Shown in pieces: positions 38,054 through 52,137 of a DNA stretch of 64,000 nt (positions are counted from its first letter, which is position 1; each line of letters starts with the position of its first letter). The translations under genes and the position numbers were made by a program. The notes beneath the pieces were generated by a model that searched no databases, had not been told where the DNA came from, and was given only the letters and a program-made list of their open reading frames with translations. This DNA is from Okamejei kenojei (taxonomy: Eukaryota): positions 8,804,001-8,868,000 of the forward strand of contig CM069174.1 of assembly GCA_035221665.1 (NCBI GenBank). The letters are read 5' to 3'.

Positions 38054-41000
38054 AAGGTTAACCTGGTGGTAATAAAGCACAGCTGTACTGTCAGGCAGAC
38101 AAGTCAGGCACGGATAAAACTAACAGCTCCACATCCAATCTGGTAGAATCACAGTCACTATTCCTGATACGAGTTTCTTAAATTCCTGGGGTTTTTTTAA
38201 GTAACTGAACTTAAGCTTCCCAGCTGCCACAGTGGGATTTGAACTTGTGTCGCTCAATCATCACACTTGGCATTGGGAATTACTATCATAACCCCTGTGC
38301 TACCACATCTCGCGTGTTAGGCAGCAGGCAGTCAGTTGCCTTTTTCCACACCATCACGGATCACTTTCTGGTCTGTATTTGTCCCACGTGATATCATCGG
38401 GGGGGGGGGGGGGGTGGGGGGGGGGCTAATTGCCTTGGAAACAATTACCTAAATTTGTTGCCATTTATTACAAGTGCAAGGAAATATAAATAGCACTTCT
38501 GGTGGCTTAAGATGCCAGTTGGTAACCTACTGGGAGGTAAGGGTCCAATGGGAGAAGGGGTTTTTGATGTGGAGTAATCGCTATCATTCATGTCGCCAAT
38601 TCCAGGTTATTAATTCATGGCAGCTAATAGAAATTACAAAAGGGTGGGCATGAGTGAGAAAATGCCGCCCGACACCCAGCTGCATGACTGTGTAGAGATG
38701 TCTCATTTCCAGGGATTACCAAGCTGTGCCATGGCACATAGGCGCTGCTTTAATTAGTTCCTGAGAACTGAGCGTCACAGGCAAGGCCAAAATTTATTGT
38801 CTATCCTCAATTGTCGTCGAGACAGTGCTGGTGAGCCAGGTGAGTCCTTCTGATATGGGTGACTGTCTTACCCTGCCAGGTCAGAGGAAAGTTGAGTATC
38901 AAGCGCATTGGAGAGGGTCAATTTCCTGCCTTAGAGGACAAACCCAGCCCAGTACCTTGTACAAATGGGCATCCTTTAATTAGGGAATCCAGACAATGAG
39001 TGTATGTGGCACCCCATCCAAGCTTGATGGCATCCTAATCCAATACAGGGATTCTACACGTCCCACATGTCTTCACATGATACCGAGTAGTCCTATTGTT
39101 TTTTTTTTAAGCGTTTTTTAAAGCTTCTTAAAATCCCAAGACAACAAACCTACCATCATTTACCACAGAATTGGAGTCTATTTAGTCAACATAATAAGTA
39201 TGGTCAGAGTCAACGGCAAGGTTTGAATTGGGAAGAGTTTGCAACATGAGAAACAAACATAATGGAATGGCAGGATGTTTGCACTGTAACCAGGCTCTTT
39301 TCTAGTATGAACCTAGACCCTTTATCCCTTCATTACACAGCTCACACGACAGGTGGATGCTAACAATCCAAGTGAACACATCAAATATTTATCACAAGGC
39401 AAGTTGCCAGAAACAAAACAAAACTCTCCTGAAGTTTACTGTTCAACTATTAAGATAATAAAACACGGTATCATATTATAAAGCATAAAAGTAGAGTGCT
39501 GTTTGGAACTGCGCAATAAAAATTATTTTCCTCGGCTAATTCTTGCAGGTTTCACTGCCGAGATAACAACTTTTACAATCTAACGAACTTCAACAAAACA
39601 TCTCAAGGCACTTCTCAGGAGAGTTACCAGACAAGAAAAAAATCAATACAGAACTGCATAGGGAGGCATTAGGCTAAATAACCAAAGGTTCACCTAGTGA
39701 GATAAACTGAAAGGAGTGTCCCTAAAAGACGGGGAGAGGCAGAGGGTTTTGGGAGGCAAGCCCAAAGTTTGGGGCTTGGGCAGTTGCCAATGTTGGAATG
39801 ATTGAAGCCGGGCAAAGTCCAGAGGCCAGATTTAGCAGAGTGCAATGAAACAACTATACAATACTGTCGTATAGTTCTCCAGGCTTCTGCGTTATTAGTC
39901 CAGTAATGTAGCTGCAACATCAAAGTTTAATAATTCCACCATTGATTCATTCTGATAATGAGTTCCACTCCTGATACGTTAACTGTTTCTTATTCCACAA
40001 AACTTCCTGACCTGCTAGATGTTTCTGGCATTTCTTTTGTTTTTATTTCAGATTTCCAGCATATGCAATTTTTTGGATTTTCATCCGGCTCTGGCAGCCG
40101 TGCCTTCATCTGCCTGGGCTGTGGAATTCCCTTCCTGAACCTTTCTCCCTTTTCACCCATCTTCTCCACATTTAAGACACTCTCCTTAAAGCCACCTTGT
40201 CCATCCAACCCAGCCTGTGGTAATGATCTGAAGTTAAATACAGGCTCAACCTGCTCAGCTTTTCTTCATATGTCAACCCTCTCTTCTGGAGAGAAGTCTT
40301 TCATCGCACAACATCACTCCCAACACAAAACTCCAGGCTTGCATTCCAGCCTGTGGTATTAGCTCATGAAAGTTGGGGCAATGGAATACGTTGGGGGCAA
40401 TATAAGGATCAGTGTGAAAGCGAGGTACAGAATCCATCAGTGGAGTATGGCTGACGGGCTGAATGGCACTCGTGCTGAAGTTAACTGTAATGTTAAACTT
40501 TAGCATGAGTGCCATTCAGGCAAGTACAGGATCAAGCTGTGTGCGTGCCACCCTAGGGGTACGTGCTGCCCAGCCTCACCCTTGAACAAGGGTTCAATGA
40601 ACTCTTTGGGCAAATTATTAGAAGACCAACAAACCCGGAATTGTACAGCAAAGTTAATGGCAGGAAAGAGTATCTGGGATAGGGAATAATGAAAAGAAAG
40701 AGAGTCCTGGGGGAGGACTGAAATCTGAAAGCACGCTCTGTGCCTGCCAGCATAAAGAGACTTGTCCCTTCAACAGAACGCTTGGCTTTGCATTCCATTC
40801 CACACAGAAATAGAAGCACTCAGATAGCTGCACCCGACCACTGATGGAAAACGGACGCAGCTCCCCATTTGTGCAGAATGACGGCATCATTCTTTTATAG
40901 CCATCAGTGTCAATCAGCAAGCACACATTCCAATGGAGACACTTGTGTGGAGGAATTACAGGTCAGGCAATGGGATTAGACAGCACCGAATTAGGCCAGC

Positions 41001-42169
41001 AGGAATTATTCAGACTAAAACGACTCACTGAGGTCCAGAGTTGGAAATAAATTGAATAAGCACTTCTCACTTCTACTGTAATTTTCAAGTATTATAATAT
41101 TTCATGTACGAAAGGACGTGAAGTCAATTGATTACACGGAATGCAGAGACACATCAGTAAATTAAAGATAAATGTTTCTACATTATTCGAGGGAATGCTT
41201 GATAAAGAAACTACTTCTTATTCTTATCCCATACAGGACGTGCCAGAATGCTTCATAGTAACAGGTGGCTGTTGGCGAGGACATTGGGAAAAGACTTTGA
41301 ATGGCATCGTCAGATCTCGTACACCTGCCCAGGTCAGTGAACAAGGACACATTTTGACATCTCATCATTTGAGAGTAAAAAAAATACACATGTCTTATTA
41401 TTGTTTGAAGAGTTAGCCTAGAGTTTTCAGCTGCAGCGAGGGTCCAAACCTGTAATCTGTTTTGCTCATTTTAAGACTCACACAAGAGGCTGCAGATGCT
41501 GGAATCTAGAGCGAAAAAAACAATTGGGAGTCAGAAGAAAGGTCTCAACGTGAAACATCATCAGTCCATTTCTGTCTAGCTGAGTTCCTCTGGCAGATTT
41601 TCTAATTTTAAATCTGAGATTGGTAAATTATTGTTAACCAAATAGAGTAAGGGATATGTGGAAACCATAGAGACCAGCTATGATCTCTTTGAATTCTGAC
41701 CAGTTTCTAGGAGGCAAGTGGCCACCTCCTGTTCCTATGTTCTAATTCTTGCAATTGTAAACATCATAAAAATTAAGCTCATCAAATGGGAAGAATAGTT
41801 ATCTTTATGCCGCTTGCAGTTTGGAGTGTGTTATCGGCAATAGAGACAGACAAAGTCCTCGACCAGGAACTCGGAGTACAAAACAGGCTGTTCAAAGCAT
41901 GTTTACCTCGGGACCAAGTTACCATAGCAGCCACAGATCAAAGAGCCATTAACGTTAAAAGTTATGGTTCTTTGAAGGTCATTCATTCCACAAAAAGTTT
42001 GGGAGCATCCACCAAGTTTCCATTTAAATATAGAATGTTTAATCAGACCGCCCCACCCAAGAAGGCACAGGACAGCTCAGTGGGCACAGCTGTCTTTCAC
42101 AGCTGCCCCCTCTATGTCCACGTGCTGTGCAATGCTGGAGAGCATCAGAGTCTAACCTAATACAGTCAT

Positions 42170-42415
42170 AACCTCATACAGCATGGAAACAGGCCCTTTG
42201 GCCCAATTTGCCCTTGCCAGCCAAGATGCCCCATCTACACTGGTCCCATCTGCCCATGTTTGGCCCATATCCCTCTAAACCTTTCCTATCCATGTACCTG
42301 TCCACGTGTATTTTAAATGTTGTTATGGTACCCGCCTACAACTGCCTCCTATGGCAATTCATTCCATGAGTGCACAAACATCGGTGTGAAAAAGTAGTCC
42401 CTCAGGTTCATATTA
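42170..42415 (-). mobile_element. CR1 3' end
   Basis: gaaacaggccctttggccca...ccatatccctctaaacctttcctatccatgtacctgtc. Confidence 0.7.
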
Positions 42416-45344
42416 AATGGACAGGGAATGTTTTGGATCCATTCAAAACGTAGTTTTGATGCTGCCTGACCCATTGAGTTCCTCCAGCACCAATTTGTTA
42501 TAGGCTAGCCTAAACCTGCCTTCACCTATTAGTCACTCGATTTCCAGTGTGGAGAAGAAACCCTGGCCAATTTGAAGACATTTCAAGGCCTTTGGTACAT
42601 TGGCTGAAGCCAATTGGGGACCCCTAACTGTACGTCTTGCAAAAGCAACTGGTCCTGACAACTCCTCATCACAGTAACTTCAGATACATTTCTGGATAGA
42701 TCATCAGGGAAATGCATTGCTACAGAACCTTTGACTTCCTTTTCTGAATATCCCAAACCCCGTTACACCCAGTGAAGTGTAGTCACCCTTGTAATGGTAG
42801 AGGGAAACATGACACACCACAAGATCCCACAAACACAAATGTGATTACAACCTGATGATTTGTTTTATGACTAATAAATATTTGGCAGGAATAAAAACAG
42901 AACATGCTGGAAGCAATCGGCAAATCAGGCAGCACCCGTGAAAAGAGAAAGAGTTAACTTTCAATCCAGTCCGAATGAATGTTTTCTCTTTCCACAGATG
43001 CTGCCTGACCTGCTGAGCATTTCCAACGTATTCTGATTTCCAATGTCAGATTTCCAGGATCTGATTACTTAATAAATGAAACCTCCGCCCCTAAAGCATT
43101 TTGGTTGATATTAAAACAAACGTTTCTATCAAGAGCTTGACAATCACATGCCTGTTCATAGCGATCACGCTCTTGTGAAGTTTAAGTGCTTGCTGGGTTT
43201 CTAAATTAATGCCATTTACAGGATATCACAGTCAACTCTGCTAAGTCTCTCCGGCATGTCAGAAGTCGAGCTCAGCTCCCATTAATGAGAGCGGCGAAAC
43301 TGGGGTTTATTAGAGGCGCTTGAAAAATCTGTAAAATAGCACCTTGTGTAAAAGAGCAACGCCCAGTCAGATTGGTCTCCAACTGATTCACACAGACACA
43401 CCCTGGGCACAAATATTTCAATCCAGTTCTGCAGGTACTTTAACTCTTTGAGGTCTGGCCCGCTCATCTCACCAGGGCAAAAGAAGGAAGTACTCCATCA
43501 GTTTGCTGCACGCCAACCTCACTGTTTAGCACAGAGTAAACAGACAGAGGCGTGTTGGACAGACAGATTGGGAAGACCCAGCTTCATTTTCTGTACTGTA
43601 CCAGGATGTTTGAACTCAGGGCTGTTGCAATTGGCATTCTGGACCCTGGACTAGAAGGAGAGGCTCACTGGCATTGCTTCCACATTGCCTTTCTGATGTC
43701 CCAGAGCACCTGACAGCCAAAATAGTATTTTTAAGTGTTGACCCCAATCAAATCATGTCCCCAATTTACAAGCTCCCCCAAACATCAGAGAATTTCCTGA
43801 CCTTCCATTTACAGTGATGGGTTTGAAAGGATTACTATTGGGCCCCAATATTCCCAAGAAAATTATTCTTCACAGTGGAAAGAGGGAGCGAAATTCCATA
43901 TAATATGATTCCCTGTCATACGCAGGATATTTATCCTGCATTTTTTTTGCCCCCGCAGGAGCTACCAGACACAACATTGAATTGCTTTTAGCAGGCGTCT
44001 GTTGCAGGACTGTGTGAAGGGGAAAGAATCTCACCAATCTCTGGTTTAATTTAAGGCATGTTAATGTTGGAACTGCATTCTCAACTCCAGTGCTCACAGT
44101 CCAAGTTAAATAGTACGAATTCACTCTAACGTTATCTGTGCCTCAGGCTTTCCAAAAATTCTTGGTGGGTAAACGTGTCAGGGCTTCATGGTCTATAAAC
44201 ATAAACACTTTAACCAGCGAAGCAAAAACAAATGTATAGCAACAAACAGCCTCTGTGCTTTTTCACATATTTCACCACGGCAACATTTGTCGATGTCCTG
44301 CGGTAAAATTAGACAGCATGTTTACGCCAGTTACTGTGCCGAACACCGGGTCGCTTCGCATTTGGATAAAGATTAAATGACAGGGATGGAATGATGAAGG
44401 AGCAGATTAAAGCGTGGTCAGGGAAGCCACGTCACGCGTTTGCAATCGCCCCTTTTCCTTGGCCCTGGTTCGTGAAAATAAAGACCTGCATTTGCATAGC
44501 GCCTTTTGCATCCCTTCCAAGAAATCCCCAAGTGCTTCATGGCCAATTGGATTCCTTTTAAAGCGAATTAACTTGCCCAGCAAGCTCCCTCAATCGCCAA
44601 TGCAACAATGACCGGTTCGGGGCTAAACATTATTCAGACTATCAGGAGGCTTTCCCTCTCAAAATAGTGCGCCCAGCCGAGAGAGCGGACGTGGCCTCGG
44701 TTTAACGAAACACAGCATCACCTCGGCACCGAATTCGAGCAACTCAACTTGCATCGAGCTGAACATCGGAGTCTGGACAGTGGGGTTGGGAGATCCAGAT
44801 GGCTTCTGCTCTTGGAGACTGGGAATGGGCTCGGCTGCCAAGCAGAATCTGCTTGCTTGGGGGGTTGTGTTGAACACCCGGCTGCTCACTGGACACACGG
44901 GACAGAGTCGTGTATCTTTGTGTGTCTCGGCACCTTTGGAGGGGGAAGAGAAACTGGATTTTTTTTTTGGGGGGGAAAAGCAAGTCAGACTTGCTCTTCT
45001 AACGAGATTGTTTCATTCTCACTGGCACTGAACGACACGTACAGCTGCGAGAAGAGTCCAAGTTACAGCCAAAACAAATTAGCGCTGTTCCACTTACAAG
45101 AACAAGTAGAAAATGGGAAAATAATCGCAGGTGCTTTTGTCTGTGCAAGGTTTGTGTTTTCAAGCGTTTGTTGGCACCAAAACAGCTTTTAGAATTTCAT
45201 TCAGGTGGTAGAAAAGCACCAAGACGAGTGCCTTTGCCCCCCTCCCCCATACAAATCAGTTATTGGAATTTAAAATACAAAACAAGGCCATTCAGCCCAT
45301 CGTTGGCCATGCTGGACAAAAACAGACTTCAGATCAATCCCACT

Positions 45345-45440
45345 TAAGTCTGAAGAATGGTCCCGACCCGAAACGTCACTCATCCCTTTTCTCCAGAGAT
45401 GCTGCCTGGCCCACTGAGTTACTCCAGCACTCTTTGTTTC
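45345..45440 (+). mobile_element. Short Penelope-derived element
   Basis: ctgaagaatggtcccgacccgaaacgtc at 45350-45377, followed by the gatgctgcc/gagttactccagc tail. Confidence 0.7.
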
Positions 45441-45464
45441 TCTCCACTTTTGTTTTAGTTTCAT

Positions 45465-45720
45465 TTAAACAGGCCCTTCCGCCCACAGAGTTCATGCCGA
45501 CCAACGGTCACCTGTGCACCAGCACTCTCCTACACACTGGGGACAATTTACAGAAGCCAATTAACCTACAAAACACTACGTCTTTGGGATGTGGGAGGAA
45601 ACCGGAGCACCCGGAGAAAACCCACGCAGGTCACGGGGAGAAGGTACAAACTCTGTGCAGACAGCACCCATAGTCAGGATCGAGCCCAGGTCTCTGTAAG
45701 GCAGCAACACTGTGCTGCCT
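45465..45720 (-). mobile_element. V-SINE (HE1-like)
   Basis: gtgggaggaaaccggagcacccggagaaaacccacgc. Confidence 0.8.
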
Positions 45721-46277
45721 ACTTCTCAGTATTGGAAAGGGCCCAGTGGAACCCATCGCAACACATCTCCTGATACAGTGTCAAAGGATTCAAGAGTAGG
45801 CAAATAACTGGGCACTTGTCCCAAGGACACTCCACTATCAATGGGGTCAAGTCAGGAATGTTGGAGCAACCCTGAATTAGGTCCAAACATCCAGAACAGA
45901 GCACCTGCTAGTTCGGTGCTAGTTCGGAGTCCACATCCAGCCCTGGGACTGTGGTGGGCGCTATCTACAAGAAGCCCCTCAGTGAGGTTAATCCCACAGC
46001 ATCTCCTGAATCCTGACGTCTGCTCCAGACACTGGGCAGCAGCAGCTTCCCCAAAGCCACATGGATTCTGACTTAGCACATGGTGGAATTCTGGCCGAGT
46101 TACGCGACCACTGAACTAGAGGTACAAATTTGATTCCCACCCCAGTAGCTCGATAATTTAAATTCATTCCCTAAAATAAATCTGAAATTTAAAAGAAACC
46201 GATATCGGCAGCAGTGACCAAAAAACCAATGTGCCACGAGGACGTGTGACTGCGTTGGCAGGTCAGATTTGAAACAT

Positions 46278-46520
46278 TGAGTAGAGTTGCAGCTTTACAG
46301 CGGCAGAGACCTGGGTTCAATCCTGACCTCTTGCGCTGTCTGTATGGAGTTGGCATGTTCTCCATGTGACCCCGTGGGTTTCCTCTACGTGCTCCGGATT
46401 CCCTCCCACATTCCAAAGACATACAGGTTTGTACGTTAATTGGCTACGGTAAAATTTTAAATTGTCCCTAGTGTGTAGGATAGTATTAGTGCACTGGGAA
46501 CACTGGTCGGCACACTACTC
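46278..46520 (+). mobile_element. V-SINE (HE1-like)
   Basis: B box gggttcaatcc and the V-domain. Confidence 0.8.
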
Positions 46521-47976
46521 ACAGAAGGACCCGCCTCCTGCCACCCCCCTCCCGAACCTACTGGAGCACTTGGCTGGAACAAACTTTGATTTTTCTGTTC
46601 AAAAACACAAAAGACGGTCAACATAATGGGATTAAAACTAAAGTCTTAAACAAGCACTGTACACTTGTTTTGATCTCATGTTTTCTCACAATCTTAGCTC
46701 TGGATCCTGACCCAGTCCAAATAGCAGAGTGAGATCATGCTACAGTTACCACAGATAAAATTCAATCAATGGCATCAATGTTAAGCATGTTACCTTCAGA
46801 CATTCGCAACCACAGATAAACCAGAATGGCCTTGCACGCAACGGGCAGAATCCCAGGTCAAATATGGGTTGGATCCATTTGCCAAGAAGAAAATGACTCG
46901 AGAAGCATCAATTCTTGGCGATATTAAGCAAACTGGCCTCCAAATGGCCTAGGGGGTGAAATGCACTGTCCAAAGGAGCATGTGGCTGGAGATTGAGGCT
47001 GCCTTTCACCACCACCCCGCCCCCCACCACCACCCCCTCCATTGCTGTACTAGCTGATTCACAGGGCACAGAGGGAGCTTAGGTAGCCGACTGCAGGAAG
47101 GGAAAGACAACACCTCATCTTTGAATCCTTGGAGTAAGGAGGAGAAAGGGAAAGAACGAAGCTAGCCTCGGATTCCCTTATTGAATGCTATCAGTAACCA
47201 TGTTGGAATATGCATGCATGTTCAAAAATTAGATAATGAGCTTGAGTTGTGATTTTTCCCCAACCCCCCTCCACCAGTCACAAATCCTTCTACCCACCAG
47301 GATCAGGCATAAAGACTAGTCACATGAGTGGGTGGGAGGGGGGGGGGGGGGGAGATGGGAGCTCTGTGATGTCTAGGATCCCAAATTTGCGCTGTGGAAG
47401 TTGGGGCACCATCGTGTGGGAAACAGGTGGAGGAACCAGTGTGGTCCCTTGCCCCTGCTCTGCCATCCCATGGTAGAGGCATCTACAACCAGAGGGCCTA
47501 GGTTTAAGGTGAGGAGTTAAAAGTTTAGAGAGGATCTGAGGAAAGATTATTTTCATGCAGAGGGTGGTTGGAATCTGGAACACATTGCCTGAGGGGGTGG
47601 TGGAGGCAGAGTCTCACTACGTTTAAGATGCATCTAGATAAGCACTTGAATCACCAAGTCATAGAAGGCTAAGGAACAAGTGTAGATGTGTACATAGGAA
47701 CAGGGAACTGCAGATGCTGGTTCATACCAAGGATGTAAAGGAATTGGTGATGTTTTGGTTTGGGACTCTTTTTCAGACTGGATGGGTACTTAATGGACAG
47801 GATGGGACAGTTTCTGGGCTGCATGACTCTCAGATCAAAGGCGTTGAGCCTGCTTTCATGCCCATCTTCCTTTGTCCTCCAATTCACAACATCAAAAATC
47901 TATTGCAGCAGTCATGGATACATCTGGGAGAGGGTTACACAAAAAGCTGGAGAAACTCAGCGGGTGCAGCAGCATC

Positions 47977-48238
47977 TGTCACATTCGGTAAGTACAGTGA
48001 AACGCTCTTTGTTGCGTGCTATCCAGTCAGCTGAACAACAACACACATGATTATTGTGTATTTGTGTGAGGTGTGAATCTTTGGAATTATCTCCCAGACT
48101 CTCCCAGATGTATCCGTCTGGGAGATAATTCCAAAGATTCACACCTCACACAAATACACAATAATCATGTGTGTTGTTGTTCAGCTGACTGGATAGCACG
48201 CAACAAAGAGCGTTTCACTGTACTTACCGAATGTGACA
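47977..48238. repeat. Perfect 123-bp inverted repeat with 16-bp spacer, derived from a LINE 3' end
   Basis: 47977-48099 is the exact reverse complement of 48116-48238. It is followed by ataaa and an (actga)n tail. Confidence 0.92.
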
Positions 48239-49274
48239 ATAAATGAAACTGAACTGAACTACGAACTTCACCGAAAGGAATTTCCCCCCATTTCAATCCT
48301 ACAATGACTGCCCCCTTATCCCAAGACTAAGCTCGCCTCTCACTCTTCAGAATTGAAGTGAATAAAGGCCAATTTCTCCCCAGCCTTCAGGACAGGATCT
48401 GGGAGAAATCAGCCACTGCCTCCTTCTTCCGAAAGCTATACACGGGAGCAAATCATCATCTACCAAGCCTCAGTATAATGTAAATACAGGGTTATAGAAC
48501 ATAGAACAGTATAGCACAGGAACAGGCCCTTCAGCTCACCATGTCTGTGCCAAACCTGATGTCAAATTATGCTAATCTCCTCTGCCTTCACTTGATCCAT
48601 ATCCTTCCATTTCCTGCCTATCCATGTGTCCATCTAAAACCTCTGTAATGCCATTATCAATGTTCACCTGCATTAATTCCTCTATTTTTCCTTCTCATGC
48701 AATTTGCGCTCACGGGTGTGGATTTGATTCTAGCTACACTTGGTTTGCAAATCGGTTTCTCATGCCCCAGTCAAGTTATCTGCAGCTGAAAGGCCAGATA
48801 GCCTTGGCTCGGTTCACGGCTCTATGTGGCTGTCTTTGTTGGCTGTACATTTGTTCCTCACTCTTGTTTACCTTCTCAGTAATGATGTAGATAAACAGAT
48901 TAGTGCAATGATTCAGCTCACACACATTCAGGTGCAGATTCCCAAACTGAGAGCCCTCTTTACATGGAGTTACATCTGGATTTGCGAATCCCTCTCATTC
49001 AATCTTTAATTTAGTTTCGAGATATAGGATGGAAACAGGTCCTTTGGCCCATCGACAGAGCAAGTAAACTATACAAATGGTAACTGATGAATGTGGGGGC
49101 TATAGTGAACCATGGTCTTGGTTCATTATTGTCACGTGCAGTGAGATACAGTGAGAAATGTGCAATCCAGGCAAATCACAATCCTTGCACACCAAAATAA
49201 CAGATAGTTAGTGAGTTAAATGTAGATAACTAAGGCAAGCAGAAACAAAAGGCAAACAGCAATGGAGGTCAAAG

Positions 49275-49600
49275 TACAGGAAACTATTAAGAGCAGCAAA
49301 CTTAAAGGTGCTGTATTACAAATGTCTGCAGCATTCGCAATAAGGTCGATTAATTATCTCGGCTCGGCAGACATGATGTATAATTAGAATTCAGTTTGGG
49401 TGGAGCTCAGAAACAAAAGCAGAAAATACTGGTTGGCGCTATTTATGAACCACCAAATTGTAGTGGTGATATTGGGCAGGACAATAAATCAGGAAATTAG
49501 GAGGTGCATGTAACAGAGGTGATAGATTAATCATAGAGGTTTTTAATCTACATTTAAATTGGACAAGTCAAATTATGCTTAAAATATGGAGGATGGTTTT
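49275..49600 (+). mobile_element. Decayed CR1 endonuclease fragment
   Basis: SIRNK, ESVWVELRN and FNLHLNW-like motifs. Confidence 0.5.
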
Positions 49601-49814
49601 CTTAGATTCAGATTAAGATTTGTTTTTTGTTAAATATACCAGGGTGCAACAAAATTCCTTGTTCGCATAAGGTTCAGAGTAAACAGGTAAAGATAGAGAC
49701 ACCAATAAATACAACATCAAATGCAAAACAGCAGAATGGTGCAAGACAGCATTTCAATCTGGAATGGTGTAAAACGTTGACTGAATCGCGATAATGGAAT
49801 AGCTGAATGGGGTA

Positions 49815-49967
49815 GAAACATAGACAATAGGTGCAGGAGGAGGCCATTCGGCCCTTCGAGCCAGCACCGCCATTCAATATGATCATGGCTGATCATCCCC
49901 AATCATTACCCCGTTCCTGCTTTTCCCCATATCCCTCAATTCCCTTAGGCCTAAGAGCTAAATCTAA
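49815..49967 (-). mobile_element. CR1 3' end
   Basis: Same family as 6340-6565. Confidence 0.75.
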
Positions 49968-50098
49968 TGTTTAAGAAGGAACTGCAGATGCTGGAAAATC
50001 AAAGGTAGACAAAAATGCTGGAGAAACTCAGCGGGTGAGGCAGCATCTATGGAGCGAAGGGAATAGGCGACGTTGCCTATTCTCCAGCATTTTTGTCC
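49968..50098 (-). mobile_element. Short Penelope-derived element inserted into a CR1 3' end
   Basis: Flanked by agctaaatctaa and agataaatctaa. Confidence 0.7.
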
Positions 50099-50710
50099 AG
50101 ATAAATCTAACGCACTGTTGAAAACTCCAACTCTCTCTTGAAAGTTAAAAGAGAGGGAGAAAGAGCAAGAGAGGGGGGGAGAGAAAGCGAGGCAGAGGGA
50201 GGAAAAGGAGATTGCAGTATCTGTTTGGTGCCTCCAGAACACTTGGCACTGTGAATTCAGTTGAACAGAAAGCAAGCCTACCCACATTCCTGTTTGCTTA
50301 CACCGAGTGCCATGTGATGTTAAAGAGATGCTCAGTGATATTGCTCAGTTGTTTTGCTAGATAGTAGTGGATCATTCCCCAGGAGGTGAATAAGTAAGAT
50401 GCAGGAGGAGTAAGATGTAACATACATGGTCGAGCAGGTTTGAAGGGAGACAAATAGTCCACCAATCTCACAATTGCGACAAGTTGTTACTGACTAAAGT
50501 GGGAACAAGTTCCATCCACAAAGCACCTTTGCAGAGGGACATGTCCCAGCACACTTCACAGAAGCGTAACTGTCCAGGAGTAATTGGATGGTTGGTTCCA
50601 TGCAGACCCTAAAGAGGAAAAGAGTTGGAGCGGAACAGGGGTTTTGACGGAGAGAAGTCTGGAAAGCAAAGGCGAGCCGTCATTGGGAGACCAAAGTTAA
50701 ACAAATGTAG

Positions 50711-50818
50711 AAGAAGGAACTACTTCTGAAGAAGGGTCTCGACCCGAAACGTTGCCCATTTCCTACGCTCCATAGATGCTGCCTCACCCTCTGAGTTTCT
50801 CCAGCATTTTTGTCTACC
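50711..50818 (+). mobile_element. Short Penelope-derived element with hammerhead core and 14-bp TSD
   Basis: Core at 50726-50753 (GUU site). Flanks are ttaaacaaatgtag and ttaaacaaatgcag. Confidence 0.75.
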
Positions 50819-51993
50819 TTAAACAAATGCAGTGCTGGTTACAAATACAGGACACGAGGGGCCACACGAGCATTGACACACACATTTTATAATGAAAGTA
50901 TCAATGTCTGCGGAACGGGAGCACTCGAGCCCAGAGATAGCAGATGAAGTTTACGGCAACAAGTAAGAGCAGAGGCAAGCGAATGACTCCCATGCACTTA
51001 TTCCTGGCAGCGAGGATGGAAGGGACACGGGGAATGGATTTAGTTTGCAATGCCGAAAAGAAGCCACGGCTACTGAAAGAAAAATATATTACCAGGCAGG
51101 AAAATTCCAAGTGGAAACTTTTACTTTATTTCCAGAGACAGAGCTCGCAGTGTAACTGGGACAGCGGCTGTTGATACATGCGGCAGAAAGGAACAGGGCC
51201 GCTGAGAAATGGTTAAAACCACAAATCTCTGCAATCTGTAACAAGCAAATCAGAATCTACTGATCCATTGTACAAGGGCCTGTTCGCCTTTTTGGCAGCA
51301 GCATGTAAATCAGTAAAGCCTCCAGCGATCAATGCAGATTAAAAAAATAATGGGAATGATTGACATTCTTGGGCGGGGGGCAAAGGGGATGACAGAGTTG
51401 AAAGACACAAGAAATGAATAACTGATCTTTAAACATGAGTATTCCAATAGGCTTTAGTGCTGCAAGATTTGCATTTATATAGCGTCTGATCACGCAAGGT
51501 TAATGACTCGTAAGTGCCCCAAACACAGAGGAGGCGATTTGCAAACACCAGCCTCTCTCATGCAATGAAGAGAATGTCCAAACAACCCTACAGCTGCTTT
51601 GACAACTTGTAAATTAAACTCTGGAGCTGGGTAACTCCAGCTCCTGGCGCGCAGGATTCCAGACAGCCGGAAAGTAATTGTGCTGAAATTCACTTGGAGG
51701 ACCAGAGTGTAGTTTTTGGAAGCTCCTCGGCCCTCTCTCTATTCATTCAGCGAGTCTCCGCCTTCTGCGGCGGATTGAACAAACCTGACTTCCCTTTCCC
51801 CAGTGAGACCACAGTCTGGTGAAGGTCAGGGGCCGAGTCACTGGCATAAAGTAGAACATTACTGGTGGCATGCGAACGTGACTCTGGAAAATACACCCGA
51901 CCAGGAGAATCGTGGCATGCGAAACTACCGAGGGATTGCGGGCAAATAGTCACAGAGGAACGAGGGGGTAATTTCAGTCAGAATAAATCTCCT

Positions 51994-52137
51994 GGGTAGA
52001 CAAAAGTGCTGGAGAAACTCAGCGGGTGAGGCAGCATCTATGGAGCGAAGGAAATAGGCAACGTTTCGGGACCCGCTGAGATTCTCCAGCACTTTTGTCT
52101 ACCTTCGATTTTGCAGCATCTGCAGTTCCTTCTTAAA
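51994..52137. mobile_element. Palindromic Penelope-derived element with 15-bp TSD
   Basis: cagaataaatctcct occurs at 51979-51993 and 52138-52152. Confidence 0.8.

Noticed and set aside
38399-38425. Poly-G tract with G-quadruplex potential
   Set aside because: Homopolymer G/C runs are common in this window (about 5733, 33670, 47337, 53728) and prone to length errors.
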